Part shown: piece after piece, positions 7,657-15,931 of the stretch
Numbering within the stretch: the stretch's first letter is position 1
How the letters are laid out: each line of letters opens with the position of its first letter
Virus record (IMG/VR): IMGVR_UViG_3300034102_004028
Location: 1 to 56,978 of that record
Reading direction: 5' to 3' (one strand)
DNA length: 56,978 bases
From: a virus
Taxonomy: Duplodnaviria > Caudoviricetes
Translations under genes and position numbers: made by a program
The notes under the pieces: generated by a model
What the model was told of the DNA's origin: nothing
Databases searched by the model: none
Seen by the model: only the letters and a program-made list of their open reading frames with translations

Positions 7657-8665
7657 TGAAATTTATTTTTACAGTGAAGATGGCACAAAATTCAAATCAA
7701 AAATTAGTGCTATTGAATACTCACAAAAAACTGGTCAACAAATAAAATTTTATTTCCATGATGAAATCTATTCCAAAGTGGACTGGAAAAAAGAGTTGCC
7801 ACATGATTTGAATTATTATTACAAACAACAGGCTCTACGGCTTCGTGAAAAATATGACTATCTGGTTTTAGCATATAGTGGTGGAGCAGACTCAACTTGT
7901 ATACTCGAAACTTTTGTACATAACAATATAAAATTAGATAAGATTGTTTCTGTTGGTGCATTTAGTAAAGACTCTGCTTGGGGTGTTGATGAGAATCACA
8001 ACGGAGAAATTTATCATAATGTTATTCCTTATGTGAAAGAGTTGGGCTTGGAATCTATTACAGATATTGTCGATTATACGAAATATCTTGATGGTGATAA
8101 TTTTAAAAATTTGTCCATATATCAGCATGGTTCAAATTGGGTTTATGAGATAGGTTCTTTTTTTAGTGTTCACAACTTTTTTTGGAGAGATGCTGAAAGG
8201 ATTTTGATACCTAATGAATGGAAAAACAAAAAGGTTGGATTCATATATGGCTTAGATAAGCCAGAAATAAATTTTCATGAACAAGAGTTTGTTCTAAAAT
8301 TTACTGATGCTCCGGTTATACTTTACGGAAATTCAAGTGGTTACGAAAATGTTGAGAGGGTTAGATTCTTTTGGAACCCAGAATTTACCGAGATGACGGT
8401 TAAACAAGTTCAAGAATTGAAAAGAACCAGAACTGTCGGTGCAAATCAAAAAAACATAGCTAAAGCACTCTATAATCTCAGAAAACCTTTATCGTTTGAG
8501 TCTCCAAAAACCGGTAACGTTTTTTGGAGTTTGAGAGATACCTATCTTAAAGACATGAAAGATACTGAGTTATTTAAATTTTATAGTGATGGTTTGAAAG
8601 TTTTGGATTCAACTGTCGGTTTCAAGTCTGTTGTACCGATTCCAACCAAAAACTATCACATATAA
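7646..8665 (+). CDS. PP-loop ATP pyrophosphatase-like protein A (adenine nucleotide alpha-hydrolase fold)
   Basis: YDYLVLAYSGGADSTCIL; GLDKP; FFWNPE. Confidence 0.7.
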   Translation: MTNDEIYFYSEDGTKFKSKISAIEYSQKTGQQIKFYFHDEIYSKVDWKKELPHDLNYYYKQQALRLREKYDYLVLAYSGGADSTCILETFVHNNIKLDKIVSVGAFSKDSAWGVDENHNGEIYHNVIPYVKELGLESITDIVDYTKYLDGDNFKNLSIYQHGSNWVYEIGSFFSVHNFFWRDAERILIPNEWKNKKVGFIYGLDKPEINFHEQEFVLKFTDAPVILYGNSSGYENVERVRFFWNPEFTEMTVKQVQELKRTRTVGANQKNIAKALYNLRKPLSFESPKTGNVFWSLRDTYLKDMKDTELFKFYSDGLKVLDSTVGFKSVVPIPTKNYHI

Positions 8666-8668
8666 ATA
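8661..8668 (+). promoter_or_regulatory. T4-type late promoter
   Basis: Exact TATAAATA, 32 nt before ATG 8701. Confidence 0.65.
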
Positions 8669-8700
8669 ATAATTAAAGGCTTTTCAAATTGGAGAAAAAA

Positions 8701-9075
8701 ATGCCAAAATATGTAAAAACAATAGTAAAAAAATCTAGTATTATTCCTTGGCTCGCTGATGGAGTAGTTTCAGCAGATTCTGTACATTTAACTGAAGCAG
8801 AGAGACAGTCAATTATTGATGCCCGCACCGAAGGCGAAAGTTTTCCTGGTTACATAGGTTTTAACGTTACGAATGTTGGAAATACTCAAATGGTTTCCTT
8901 CGAATTCGACACACTTGAAAATTTGAATAATTTTATCAATAAAACACAGAAACCAGACAGTGGAGTCTATGACGATAATTCTTTAATTGTAAAATACAAT
9001 AAAATGTTGGTTGCAAAAATTAAAGAACTTGGTTTGTCAAATTCTTATCAAGTTACCACTTCAATAGAAACGTAA
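8701..9075 (+). CDS. hypothetical protein, possible dimeric alpha+beta barrel (ABM-like)
   Basis: GGAG RBS; FPGYIG...SFEFDTLENLNNF pattern. Confidence 0.55.
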   Translation: MPKYVKTIVKKSSIIPWLADGVVSADSVHLTEAERQSIIDARTEGESFPGYIGFNVTNVGNTQMVSFEFDTLENLNNFINKTQKPDSGVYDDNSLIVKYNKMLVAKIKELGLSNSYQVTTSIET

Positions 9076-9089
9076 TACAATTTTATATT

Positions 9090-9932
9090 ATGCCTGGTCG
9101 TGATGATTGGATAAAAATAGAAAATGGTTCTTGCTCTTTTGATTTTTCTGATTTGAAAATTTGGAAAAAGAAAGAATGTATTGACTATGCCGTTGAGAAA
9201 ATGGTTGAAAAGTCGGAGAATCTTTATCTTGCTTTGAGCGGTGGACTTGATAGTGAATTTGCGGCCAACTGTTTAATCGAGAGGGGAGTAAAATTTACTC
9301 CTGTAATCATGGATATACACACCAATAGAATTGAGAATTGGTATGCTCATCGTTGGTGCTACGAAAATACAATAAAACCCTTAGTTATAACTCTGAGTGA
9401 GGAAGAAGTCGTAAAAACTTTTCCTAAAATTTCTCAAGAAAGAAATATTCCTTTTTATTGTTCGATACCTATTATTTTGTCAAAAATGGTTTCTCAGAGA
9501 GAAGGAAATCTAATTTTAGGTGGTGAGGAAATTATCGACAGAGATTACTTTTTGAGTGGTGAGTTCAACAAAATGTCCGAAAAAATTAGTTTTTGTGAAT
9601 ACGCCTTTTGTGTTGAGCAGGAAAATTCAAATCATATTGGTGGTTTTCTATCGTACACACCAGAACTTTTTCTTAATTGTTTGGAAGAAATTGACTACTC
9701 CAAACCAGGTCAAATTGCTCTGGCTGAATACTATGGAGTATTGCCAAGACCGAAAATAAATGCTAACATTAATCTGGCTTTGTTGCCAGGTTTAAAACGT
9801 TTGAAAAATATTTTGGACAAAGATAAAATCGTCAATGTTTATGAAATGGAAAATAAAGACAGCTTTATAGACCAGGCAAAAAAGTCAAAAAAGATTACGA
9901 TTCAAGCAAAAGAATTGATGTTGTTTAATTAG
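9090..9932 (+). CDS. PP-loop ATP pyrophosphatase-like protein B
   Basis: LYLALSGGLDSEFAA. Confidence 0.7.
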   Translation: MPGRDDWIKIENGSCSFDFSDLKIWKKKECIDYAVEKMVEKSENLYLALSGGLDSEFAANCLIERGVKFTPVIMDIHTNRIENWYAHRWCYENTIKPLVITLSEEEVVKTFPKISQERNIPFYCSIPIILSKMVSQREGNLILGGEEIIDRDYFLSGEFNKMSEKISFCEYAFCVEQENSNHIGGFLSYTPELFLNCLEEIDYSKPGQIALAEYYGVLPRPKINANINLALLPGLKRLKNILDKDKIVNVYEMENKDSFIDQAKKSKKITIQAKELMLFN

Positions 9933-9941
9933 GTATTTTTT

Positions 9942-10853
9942 ATGAAAATTGTTATCTATTTTTTATTATTCTTTTTCCTATCCGTTGCTAAAGCAAAAGA
10001 TAACGTTGAGTTGATTATCGCATCATCTCCTGGTGGTTCTGTACATCGTTATGCATTGCATATACAACCTGCATTAGAAGCCGCACTAGGTAAAAATGTT
10101 ATCTTGACATTTAAGCCAGGTGGTAATGGACTTATTGCGGCAAAAGAGTTACACACTTCACCTAAAGATAAATTGACTCTGTTGATAGGCAATCTAAATT
10201 CTCCGGAAGTCTGGCGCGAGAATTTCAAAAATCAAAAAATCATTGATGTTCAGAGTGATATAACTCCCGTTGCTTTTTTAGGAACTATTCCTTCAATTAT
10301 CTTTTCGAAACCGAATGGAAATTACAGTAATTTTCGTGGAGCTTTGGAATTTGGAAAAAAAGAAAAGTTGTCCATGGCTATAGCTATGAATACACCCAAC
10401 TTCAAATTGATGGAAGATTTACTCAACAAATATAAACAAGAAGAAAACCTAACACTCGTTCCTTTTAGAACTGGCTCACAAGGATTGCTTGGTGTTTTAG
10501 GTGGACATGTATCATTAGGTGTAACGGTGATTGATGTTTTGATTCCAGAATTCGAAAAGGGTAGCATTGTACCTCTTGCATTAGTGTATGAATCTCGTTT
10601 AAAATCACTTCCCAATATTTCGACTTTGAGGGAGTTAGGTCTCTCAATAGAAAATGAAGATAGGTATTACAACAATTTTTTCTTGTGGGCTAATGTAGAT
10701 AAGAACAACGAAGAAGTTAACAAAGTAAGAAATGTTTTGTCGGAATTTTTGAACGGAAGTCAATCTGAAAAATTCCTATCTTCGATGTTTGTGCAATTTG
10801 GACAAAATAATGTAAGAACACCTGAAAAATACCTGAACAAAATTTTAAAATGA
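9942..10853 (+). CDS. Bug/TctC tripartite tricarboxylate transporter substrate-binding protein 1 (divergent)
   Basis: Signal peptide; SPGGSV, KPGGNGLIAA, LVPFRTGSQGLLGVLGGHV, PLAL...RL..LPNISTLRELG. Confidence 0.8.
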   Translation: MKIVIYFLLFFFLSVAKAKDNVELIIASSPGGSVHRYALHIQPALEAALGKNVILTFKPGGNGLIAAKELHTSPKDKLTLLIGNLNSPEVWRENFKNQKIIDVQSDITPVAFLGTIPSIIFSKPNGNYSNFRGALEFGKKEKLSMAIAMNTPNFKLMEDLLNKYKQEENLTLVPFRTGSQGLLGVLGGHVSLGVTVIDVLIPEFEKGSIVPLALVYESRLKSLPNISTLRELGLSIENEDRYYNNFFLWANVDKNNEEVNKVRNVLSEFLNGSQSEKFLSSMFVQFGQNNVRTPEKYLNKILK

Positions 10854-12043
10854 TTATGAATGAGATAATTAAAATGTCCTCTGATTACAACAGACAAGAC
10901 ATTTTCGGTTACTATACAGTCGGAAAATTGAAAATGTATAGCCAAATTGAGGCTGTAGAAGTTTCAAGTAAATTAAATTTGCCAATTAAATGGCACTTTA
11001 ATGATGAGGTCTATAGTAGTTTTGACTGGAGTGTTGAGCCGACCGAAAGTCTTACCGAGTTATATAAAAAAAGATGTGAGCAACTGCGGGAAAAATATGA
11101 CTACTTGGCATTATATTATAGTGGCGGAGCAGACTCCGACAACATCTTAAATCACTTCATAGAAAATAACATAAAACTTGATGAAGTGATTTCTATGACA
11201 GACTATCAAGGAACACAAGATAGAATGTCACAGTTTAATGCAGAAATTTTCGAAGTTGCGATACCAAAAGTAAAAGAAGCACAAAAAAAACAACCACATT
11301 TAAAACATACGATAATTGATACCACTGATTTTGTTTTAGATTCTTATAAATCACTAAATCTAGACCAGATTTATAATCAAAACTTTTCTTTTGCTCCGTT
11401 TACGCTTGTTAGAGGAAAAGTAAAGTATTCTCAACAACACTGGAAAGAAATGTTTTCTGTAGGTAAAAAAGTTGGCTTCATTTATGGTGTTGAGAAACCT
11501 AGACTTAGTGTGGATGACAATTTTAATTTTAATTATTTTTTTACTTGTGCTACAATTGCTGCCGCGACAACTCCGGAACTTCAGAGAGAAAACAATCCTT
11601 TCGACTTTACTGAACTGTTCTATTGGAGTCCTGATTTTCCAAAAATTCCAATAAAACAGGCTCATGTCGTAAAAAACTTTGTTAAAAGTCATGGCTTAAA
11701 TAAATTTAAAAGATATCCTAGAGCAATCAACGAAGTGATTCGGCAGTTACCTTCGGGAACAAATTTTTCTCTGCTACATAATGGAGACTTCCTTTTGAAT
11801 GATGAATTGAATCGTCTAATTTATCCTTATTGGTACAACATACCATATCAGTATAAGGCTATAAATCTTATTCTCTATGAAAAAGATATTTGGTTTATTG
11901 GAAAAATGAACACTGAAGAACAAGCCAAAAACTGGAAAACTATAACACAAAAAGTTTTAGAGATAACAAAAACAGATTATAAAAAACAATCTTTTTTAAA
12001 TAACTCTACATTTAGTAGCAAATTATATAACTTAGGAAAATAA
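10850..12043 (+). CDS. PP-loop ATP pyrophosphatase-like protein C (paralog of A)
   Basis: LREKYDYLALYYSGGADSDNIL; GVEKP; FYWSPD..KQAH. Confidence 0.7.
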   Translation: MIMNEIIKMSSDYNRQDIFGYYTVGKLKMYSQIEAVEVSSKLNLPIKWHFNDEVYSSFDWSVEPTESLTELYKKRCEQLREKYDYLALYYSGGADSDNILNHFIENNIKLDEVISMTDYQGTQDRMSQFNAEIFEVAIPKVKEAQKKQPHLKHTIIDTTDFVLDSYKSLNLDQIYNQNFSFAPFTLVRGKVKYSQQHWKEMFSVGKKVGFIYGVEKPRLSVDDNFNFNYFFTCATIAAATTPELQRENNPFDFTELFYWSPDFPKIPIKQAHVVKNFVKSHGLNKFKRYPRAINEVIRQLPSGTNFSLLHNGDFLLNDELNRLIYPYWYNIPYQYKAINLILYEKDIWFIGKMNTEEQAKNWKTITQKVLEITKTDYKKQSFLNNSTFSSKLYNLGK

Positions 12044-12044
12044 A

Positions 12045-13010
12045 ATGAAAAAAATCATGTATGCATTGATAGCATTTGCTTTGAGCTTTAATGTCTATTC
12101 ACAAAGTCCAACGGACAAACAAACTGTAAAAATTATTGTACCAACAGCCGCTGGTGGTGGTTTAGATGCCATATCAAGAATTGTTGGTAAAAATTTATCC
12201 GAAATCATGAAAGTTCCGGTCATTGTTGAGAACAAACCTGGAGCAAACGGCATCATTGCGGCCAAAAGTGTTCTAAGTGAAGAATCAAATGGAAGAACTT
12301 TGCTTTTTTACGCACCACATTCCTACACTCTCAATAATCTTTTCACTGAATCTGGAAATCAAACATTTGAGTGGGATAAAGAGTTGACACCAGTTTCAAT
12401 GATGTATTGGAGTCCCTTCATTCTTACTGTTAACAAAAAGCTAAACGTCAACAATATGTCTGAGTTGAGAGAGAAATTTAAAAATAAAGAAATTTCATTT
12501 GGCAGTACAGGTTCCGGAACACCATTGCAAATCTACTCAGAAGTTATTTTTGATAAACTCGGAATAAAATCGGTTCACGTTCCTTACAAATCATTACCTT
12601 TGGTGGTAAATGATGTGTTGAATGGAACTTTAGATGTTGTTGTTGCTGGTACAGGCACTGTTGCACCACACATCAAAGCTGGAAATTTAGTACCTCTTTT
12701 GACCTTTTCGGATAAAGTTAATGCTGAATTTCCTAATGTGCAAACTCTGACAGGAACTTTTTCAGAGTATTCTAACTTGAAGGTTGTTGGTAGTTTTCTT
12801 GTGAGTAAAGATACAGACCCTGCAATCAGGGAAAAGTTAAGAAAAGACATTGAGCTTGCGAAAAGAAATACCATGGAAGAATTGAGACAAAGAGGCTTGA
12901 TTGATGCTTCGGAAAGCATTGTATTGGATGAGAAAAAAATGAAGCAGGTTGAGAAGAATTGGATTACCGCAGTCGAGAAGGTTAAGAGTAGGCAACAATT
13001 GCCGAAATAA
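12045..13010 (+). CDS. Bug/TctC substrate-binding protein 2
   Basis: Signal peptide; IIVPTAAGGGLDAISR, VENKPGANGIIAA, FGSTGSGT, HVPYKS, HIKAGNL. Confidence 0.88.
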   Translation: MKKIMYALIAFALSFNVYSQSPTDKQTVKIIVPTAAGGGLDAISRIVGKNLSEIMKVPVIVENKPGANGIIAAKSVLSEESNGRTLLFYAPHSYTLNNLFTESGNQTFEWDKELTPVSMMYWSPFILTVNKKLNVNNMSELREKFKNKEISFGSTGSGTPLQIYSEVIFDKLGIKSVHVPYKSLPLVVNDVLNGTLDVVVAGTGTVAPHIKAGNLVPLLTFSDKVNAEFPNVQTLTGTFSEYSNLKVVGSFLVSKDTDPAIREKLRKDIELAKRNTMEELRQRGLIDASESIVLDEKKMKQVEKNWITAVEKVKSRQQLPK

Positions 13011-13012
13011 GC

Positions 13013-13041
13013 TTGACAGCTAAATAATAAACCACTATAAT
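13013..13041 (+). promoter_or_regulatory. sigma70 promoter of the tmRNA with nested late-like CTAAATA
   Basis: Exact TTGACA-17-TATAAT; spacer begins GCTAAATAAT. Confidence 0.85.
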
Positions 13042-13047
13042 AGTGGT

Positions 13048-13353
13048 TATGGTTGTACGAAGCAACTAGAAAAGTGTTCTGGACGGGGGTGCAAATCCCC
13101 CCACCTCCACCAGAAATATATTGCACTTCACTGATAAGGAAGACTGGTCGGCTGTATTCAACTGGCTAGTGCAGTATTTTTCTGATGGGGGTGTACTCAG
13201 CTATTCGACAGGGCAACAAGTACAGAAGTGGACAACTCACCAGAGTAGGTGTAAAAACTAAATCAAGTAAACGCAAACGATGAAAAGTTCGCATTGGCAG
13301 CCTAAACGCTGACTAGGGTTTCGATAGGTTTCCTCGTAACAGAATAACCTATC
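13048..13353 (+). ncRNA. ssrA: circularly permuted (two-piece) tmRNA; tag peptide ANDEKFALAA
   Basis: Acceptor piece comes first: GGAC, T-arm GGGGG-TGCAAAT-CCCCC, CACCTCC-A-CCA ending at 13112. Intervening segment is 13113-13186. Coding piece starts GGGGGTG at 13187 (G3:U70 pair) with TTCGAC, has the tag frame at 13273-13305 and a 3' hairpin at 13323-13353. Outer ends are approximate. Confidence 0.93.
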
Positions 13354-13374
13354 ATTTATTTTTAGGAGAAAAAA

Positions 13375-13935
13375 TTGAAATATAAAATGTCTTTTGTAGC
13401 ACTTGCTATGGTTCTTTCAACTGCGGCATCCGCACAATCGGTTTCTTTGACTTATGGTTATAGAGATTCTGATAATGGAACAACACAAACCGCAACCGGA
13501 ATTTCAGCTAGGATGAAAATTTCTGATACTTTGAGTGGTGATGTTGGTATTGCAAATTTGCAAGATAGAGAAAAACTGACCAATGGACTTAGAAGTGAGT
13601 TGGGTTTGACTTATAGTAAACCTCTAGTTTCGGTTTTTTCAGGAAGTCTTAGACTTTCTCACGGATTCAAATCGAATTCGGGTAAAGAAACCATTCAATA
13701 CTACAATATTGAACCATCAGTAACAGCAAAAATTCCAGGAACAGAATTTTCTGCTAGAGTTGGATATCGTTATCGTGACACATACAGTAAAAATGATAGT
13801 GACAGGTCTGATACCACTCGTTATGCAGTCATGTATGACCTGACGAAAAAAGATAGAATTGCTGTAAATTATGATGACCAACGTGGTGTAGGCGCGGCAA
13901 AACAAACCTCGCTAGTATACACTCGTTCGTTCTAA
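13375..13935 (+). CDS. small outer-membrane beta-barrel protein (porin-like)
   Basis: Sec signal peptide (ASA|Q), alternating amphipathic beta strands, RVGYRYR, C-terminal VYTRSF BAM signal. Confidence 0.7.
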   Translation: MKYKMSFVALAMVLSTAASAQSVSLTYGYRDSDNGTTQTATGISARMKISDTLSGDVGIANLQDREKLTNGLRSELGLTYSKPLVSVFSGSLRLSHGFKSNSGKETIQYYNIEPSVTAKIPGTEFSARVGYRYRDTYSKNDSDRSDTTRYAVMYDLTKKDRIAVNYDDQRGVGAAKQTSLVYTRSF

Positions 13936-13993
13936 GTAGTTTTGTAAATTTTTTGATGGTTTTTTAAAAAACCATCCTTTAAAAGGAGAAAAG

Positions 13994-14551
13994 ATGCGAA
14001 GTAAACCAATACTTCTTACCATGTTTTTTTCTGCTTTTATCCTGTTTTTGAGTATGATTAATATTGACGTTGACAGGATACTTCCGATGAAGGTGAGCTA
14101 TTACTCACTTTCAAAGGATACACAAAGACAGATTACGTGTCTAGCAGAAAACATCTATTTCGAAGCTGCCCATGAACCAATCACTGGACAAAAAGCGGTA
14201 GCATTTGTAACAATTAATCGTGTACAAACAGGCAATTATGCCAATACAATCTGTGATGTTGTTTTCCAGAAAACGGGTGGAACTTGTCAGTTTTCCTGGT
14301 ATTGTGACAAGAAGTTTACCGATAAACGCTTGACAATCAGAGAAACAAAGTTGTATAATGACATTCGTGAGTTAGCAACACACATCGTCATAAACTTTGA
14401 AAAGTTGAAAGATGTAACCGAAGGAGCAACTTACTATCATGCCGACTATGTTAATCCGGGTTGGAAATTGGATAAAGTCGACCAAATTGGTCGGCACATT
14501 TTTTACAAAAGAAAAGGTGACAAAATTGACCGAAACAAGGAATTCATCTAA
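13994..14551 (+). CDS. SleB/Hydrolase_2 cell wall hydrolase with N-terminal membrane anchor
   Basis: CLAENIYFEA..E...GQKAVA.VTINRV, ICDVVFQ, CQFSWYC, GATYYHADYVNPGW, IGRHIFY. Confidence 0.9.
   Translation: MRSKPILLTMFFSAFILFLSMINIDVDRILPMKVSYYSLSKDTQRQITCLAENIYFEAAHEPITGQKAVAFVTINRVQTGNYANTICDVVFQKTGGTCQFSWYCDKKFTDKRLTIRETKLYNDIRELATHIVINFEKLKDVTEGATYYHADYVNPGWKLDKVDQIGRHIFYKRKGDKIDRNKEFI
14330..14359 (+). promoter_or_regulatory. intragenic sigma70 promoter inside the hydrolase gene
   Basis: TTGACA-18-TATAAT. Confidence 0.6.
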
Positions 14552-14552
14552 A

Positions 14553-14777
14553 ATGAAAGATTCTTCCACGTTTATTACCATTGCGGTTTGTGTTATGATT
14601 ACACTGATGGCAGGAGTTATTTCATTGTCTCTGAATCAACTCAATGACAGAAACAATATGGCTAGGAACATTGAAGCCGCTATTGCAAAGGGTGTTGACC
14701 CTCTAGCGGTTAAGTGTGCATACGAAACTCAACCTACAGCTACTTGTGTGTCTTATGCTTTGAACATTAAGAAATGA
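14553..14777 (+). CDS. small membrane protein
   Basis: ATG right after the hydrolase stop; N-terminal TM helix, AIAKGVDPLAVKCAY. Confidence 0.7.
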   Translation: MKDSSTFITIAVCVMITLMAGVISLSLNQLNDRNNMARNIEAAIAKGVDPLAVKCAYETQPTATCVSYALNIKK

Positions 14778-15922
14778 GCGATTCAGTTTCCAATTTTTTA
14801 GCCAAAATTAGTGCCGAAAGCACTGCAATTGCAGTGCGCCGGCGTAAAAAGTTAAAGTTAAAAAGAAAAAACAAAAGAACATTTAGGAAGTGGATTTGGT
14901 CCGCAGAAGATGTGAACAACAATATTATGAATAATGAAAAGATTTTTGTCGGTGCTTCCGACTATGGTGACTATGTTTTCTCTCAATTACTTGACAAGCG
15001 GGCGAATTCTGACCTGAGTACGCTTAGCCGAGAATATCAGCTACATTGCAACCGCAAAAAGTGGCATGATTACATGGAGAGTGAATTTGATGGTGAATAC
15101 ATTCTAGAATCAAACGATTCTTACGGGATGATTATCACTGAAGGATTCAACTTCATACGTTATAATCTGAGTTCAAATTCTGTCACTGTTACTGTATATG
15201 GTGACAAAGAATTTATTGAAGATATTAGAGAATCCGTTTTTGGTCACTTTGAAGAAGTTACTTCACACATCGAATGGGTTTATGCCAATGATGGAAGTTC
15301 TGTGAATGTTCCTCTGAATAAAGACCGTTTGCCTGTTGCTGAAATGTATCCTTTCCTGAAAGGTGAAACACTTGAAAGCTACTACGACCGTTACCTGAAT
15401 TCGCAAGCAAATATTCTTTTGCTGATTGGACCTCCAGGTACTGGTAAGACTACTTTCATCCGTGGCTTACTGTCACATAGCAACTCATCTGCAATTGTTA
15501 CCTATGATGCAAGCATCCTGGAGAAAGATTTTCTCTTTGCTCGTTTCATTGAAGATGATGCCAATATCATGGTCCTGGAAGATTCCGATAACTTCCTGAA
15601 GGCTCGTAGTGATGGTAACACAATGATGCACCGTTTCCTGAACGTTGGTGATGGTCTAGTGACAACGAAAGGTAAGAAACTTATCTTCTCGACAAACTTG
15701 CCTTCTATTCGTGATGTTGATTCGGCACTTGTTCGCCCAGGACGTTGCTTTGATATTCTGAATTTTGATACACTTACACAAAGCGAAGCTGAAGTTCTTT
15801 CTACTCGCCTCGGTGTTCAGCTTGATGGTATCCGTGATAAGTGGTCTATTGCTGAAGTGTTCAACAAACAAGTTGAAAATTCTACCATCAAAAAAGTTGG
15901 TAGAAAAGTTGGTTTTATTTAA
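14774..15922 (+). CDS. AAA+ ATPase (BCS1-like; start may be downstream at ATG 14927)
   Basis: GPPGTGKT, MVLEDSD, STN, DSALVRPGRCFD. Confidence 0.85.
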   Translation: MSDSVSNFLAKISAESTAIAVRRRKKLKLKRKNKRTFRKWIWSAEDVNNNIMNNEKIFVGASDYGDYVFSQLLDKRANSDLSTLSREYQLHCNRKKWHDYMESEFDGEYILESNDSYGMIITEGFNFIRYNLSSNSVTVTVYGDKEFIEDIRESVFGHFEEVTSHIEWVYANDGSSVNVPLNKDRLPVAEMYPFLKGETLESYYDRYLNSQANILLLIGPPGTGKTTFIRGLLSHSNSSAIVTYDASILEKDFLFARFIEDDANIMVLEDSDNFLKARSDGNTMMHRFLNVGDGLVTTKGKKLIFSTNLPSIRDVDSALVRPGRCFDILNFDTLTQSEAEVLSTRLGVQLDGIRDKWSIAEVFNKQVENSTIKKVGRKVGFI

Positions 15923-15931
15923 GGAGTTATT

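Noticed and set aside
7646-12043. PP-loop genes as queC (7-deazaguanine pathway), QatC or lasso cyclase
   Set aside because: No QueC C-terminal Cys cluster, no folE/queD/queE/dpdA or qatABD, and no recognisable lasso precursor or B protein in the window; cannot be excluded for the rest of the genome
13081-13112. Stand-alone tRNA gene or integration att site
   Set aside because: No anticodon arm upstream; the matching 5' acceptor strand and a tag frame lie downstream, so this is the acceptor piece of a permuted tmRNA; no integrase or duplicate copy in the window
12584-13126. 180-aa minus-strand ORF over Bug2 and the tmRNA
   Set aside because: Antisense shadow; its GGGG run is just the complement of the T-arm
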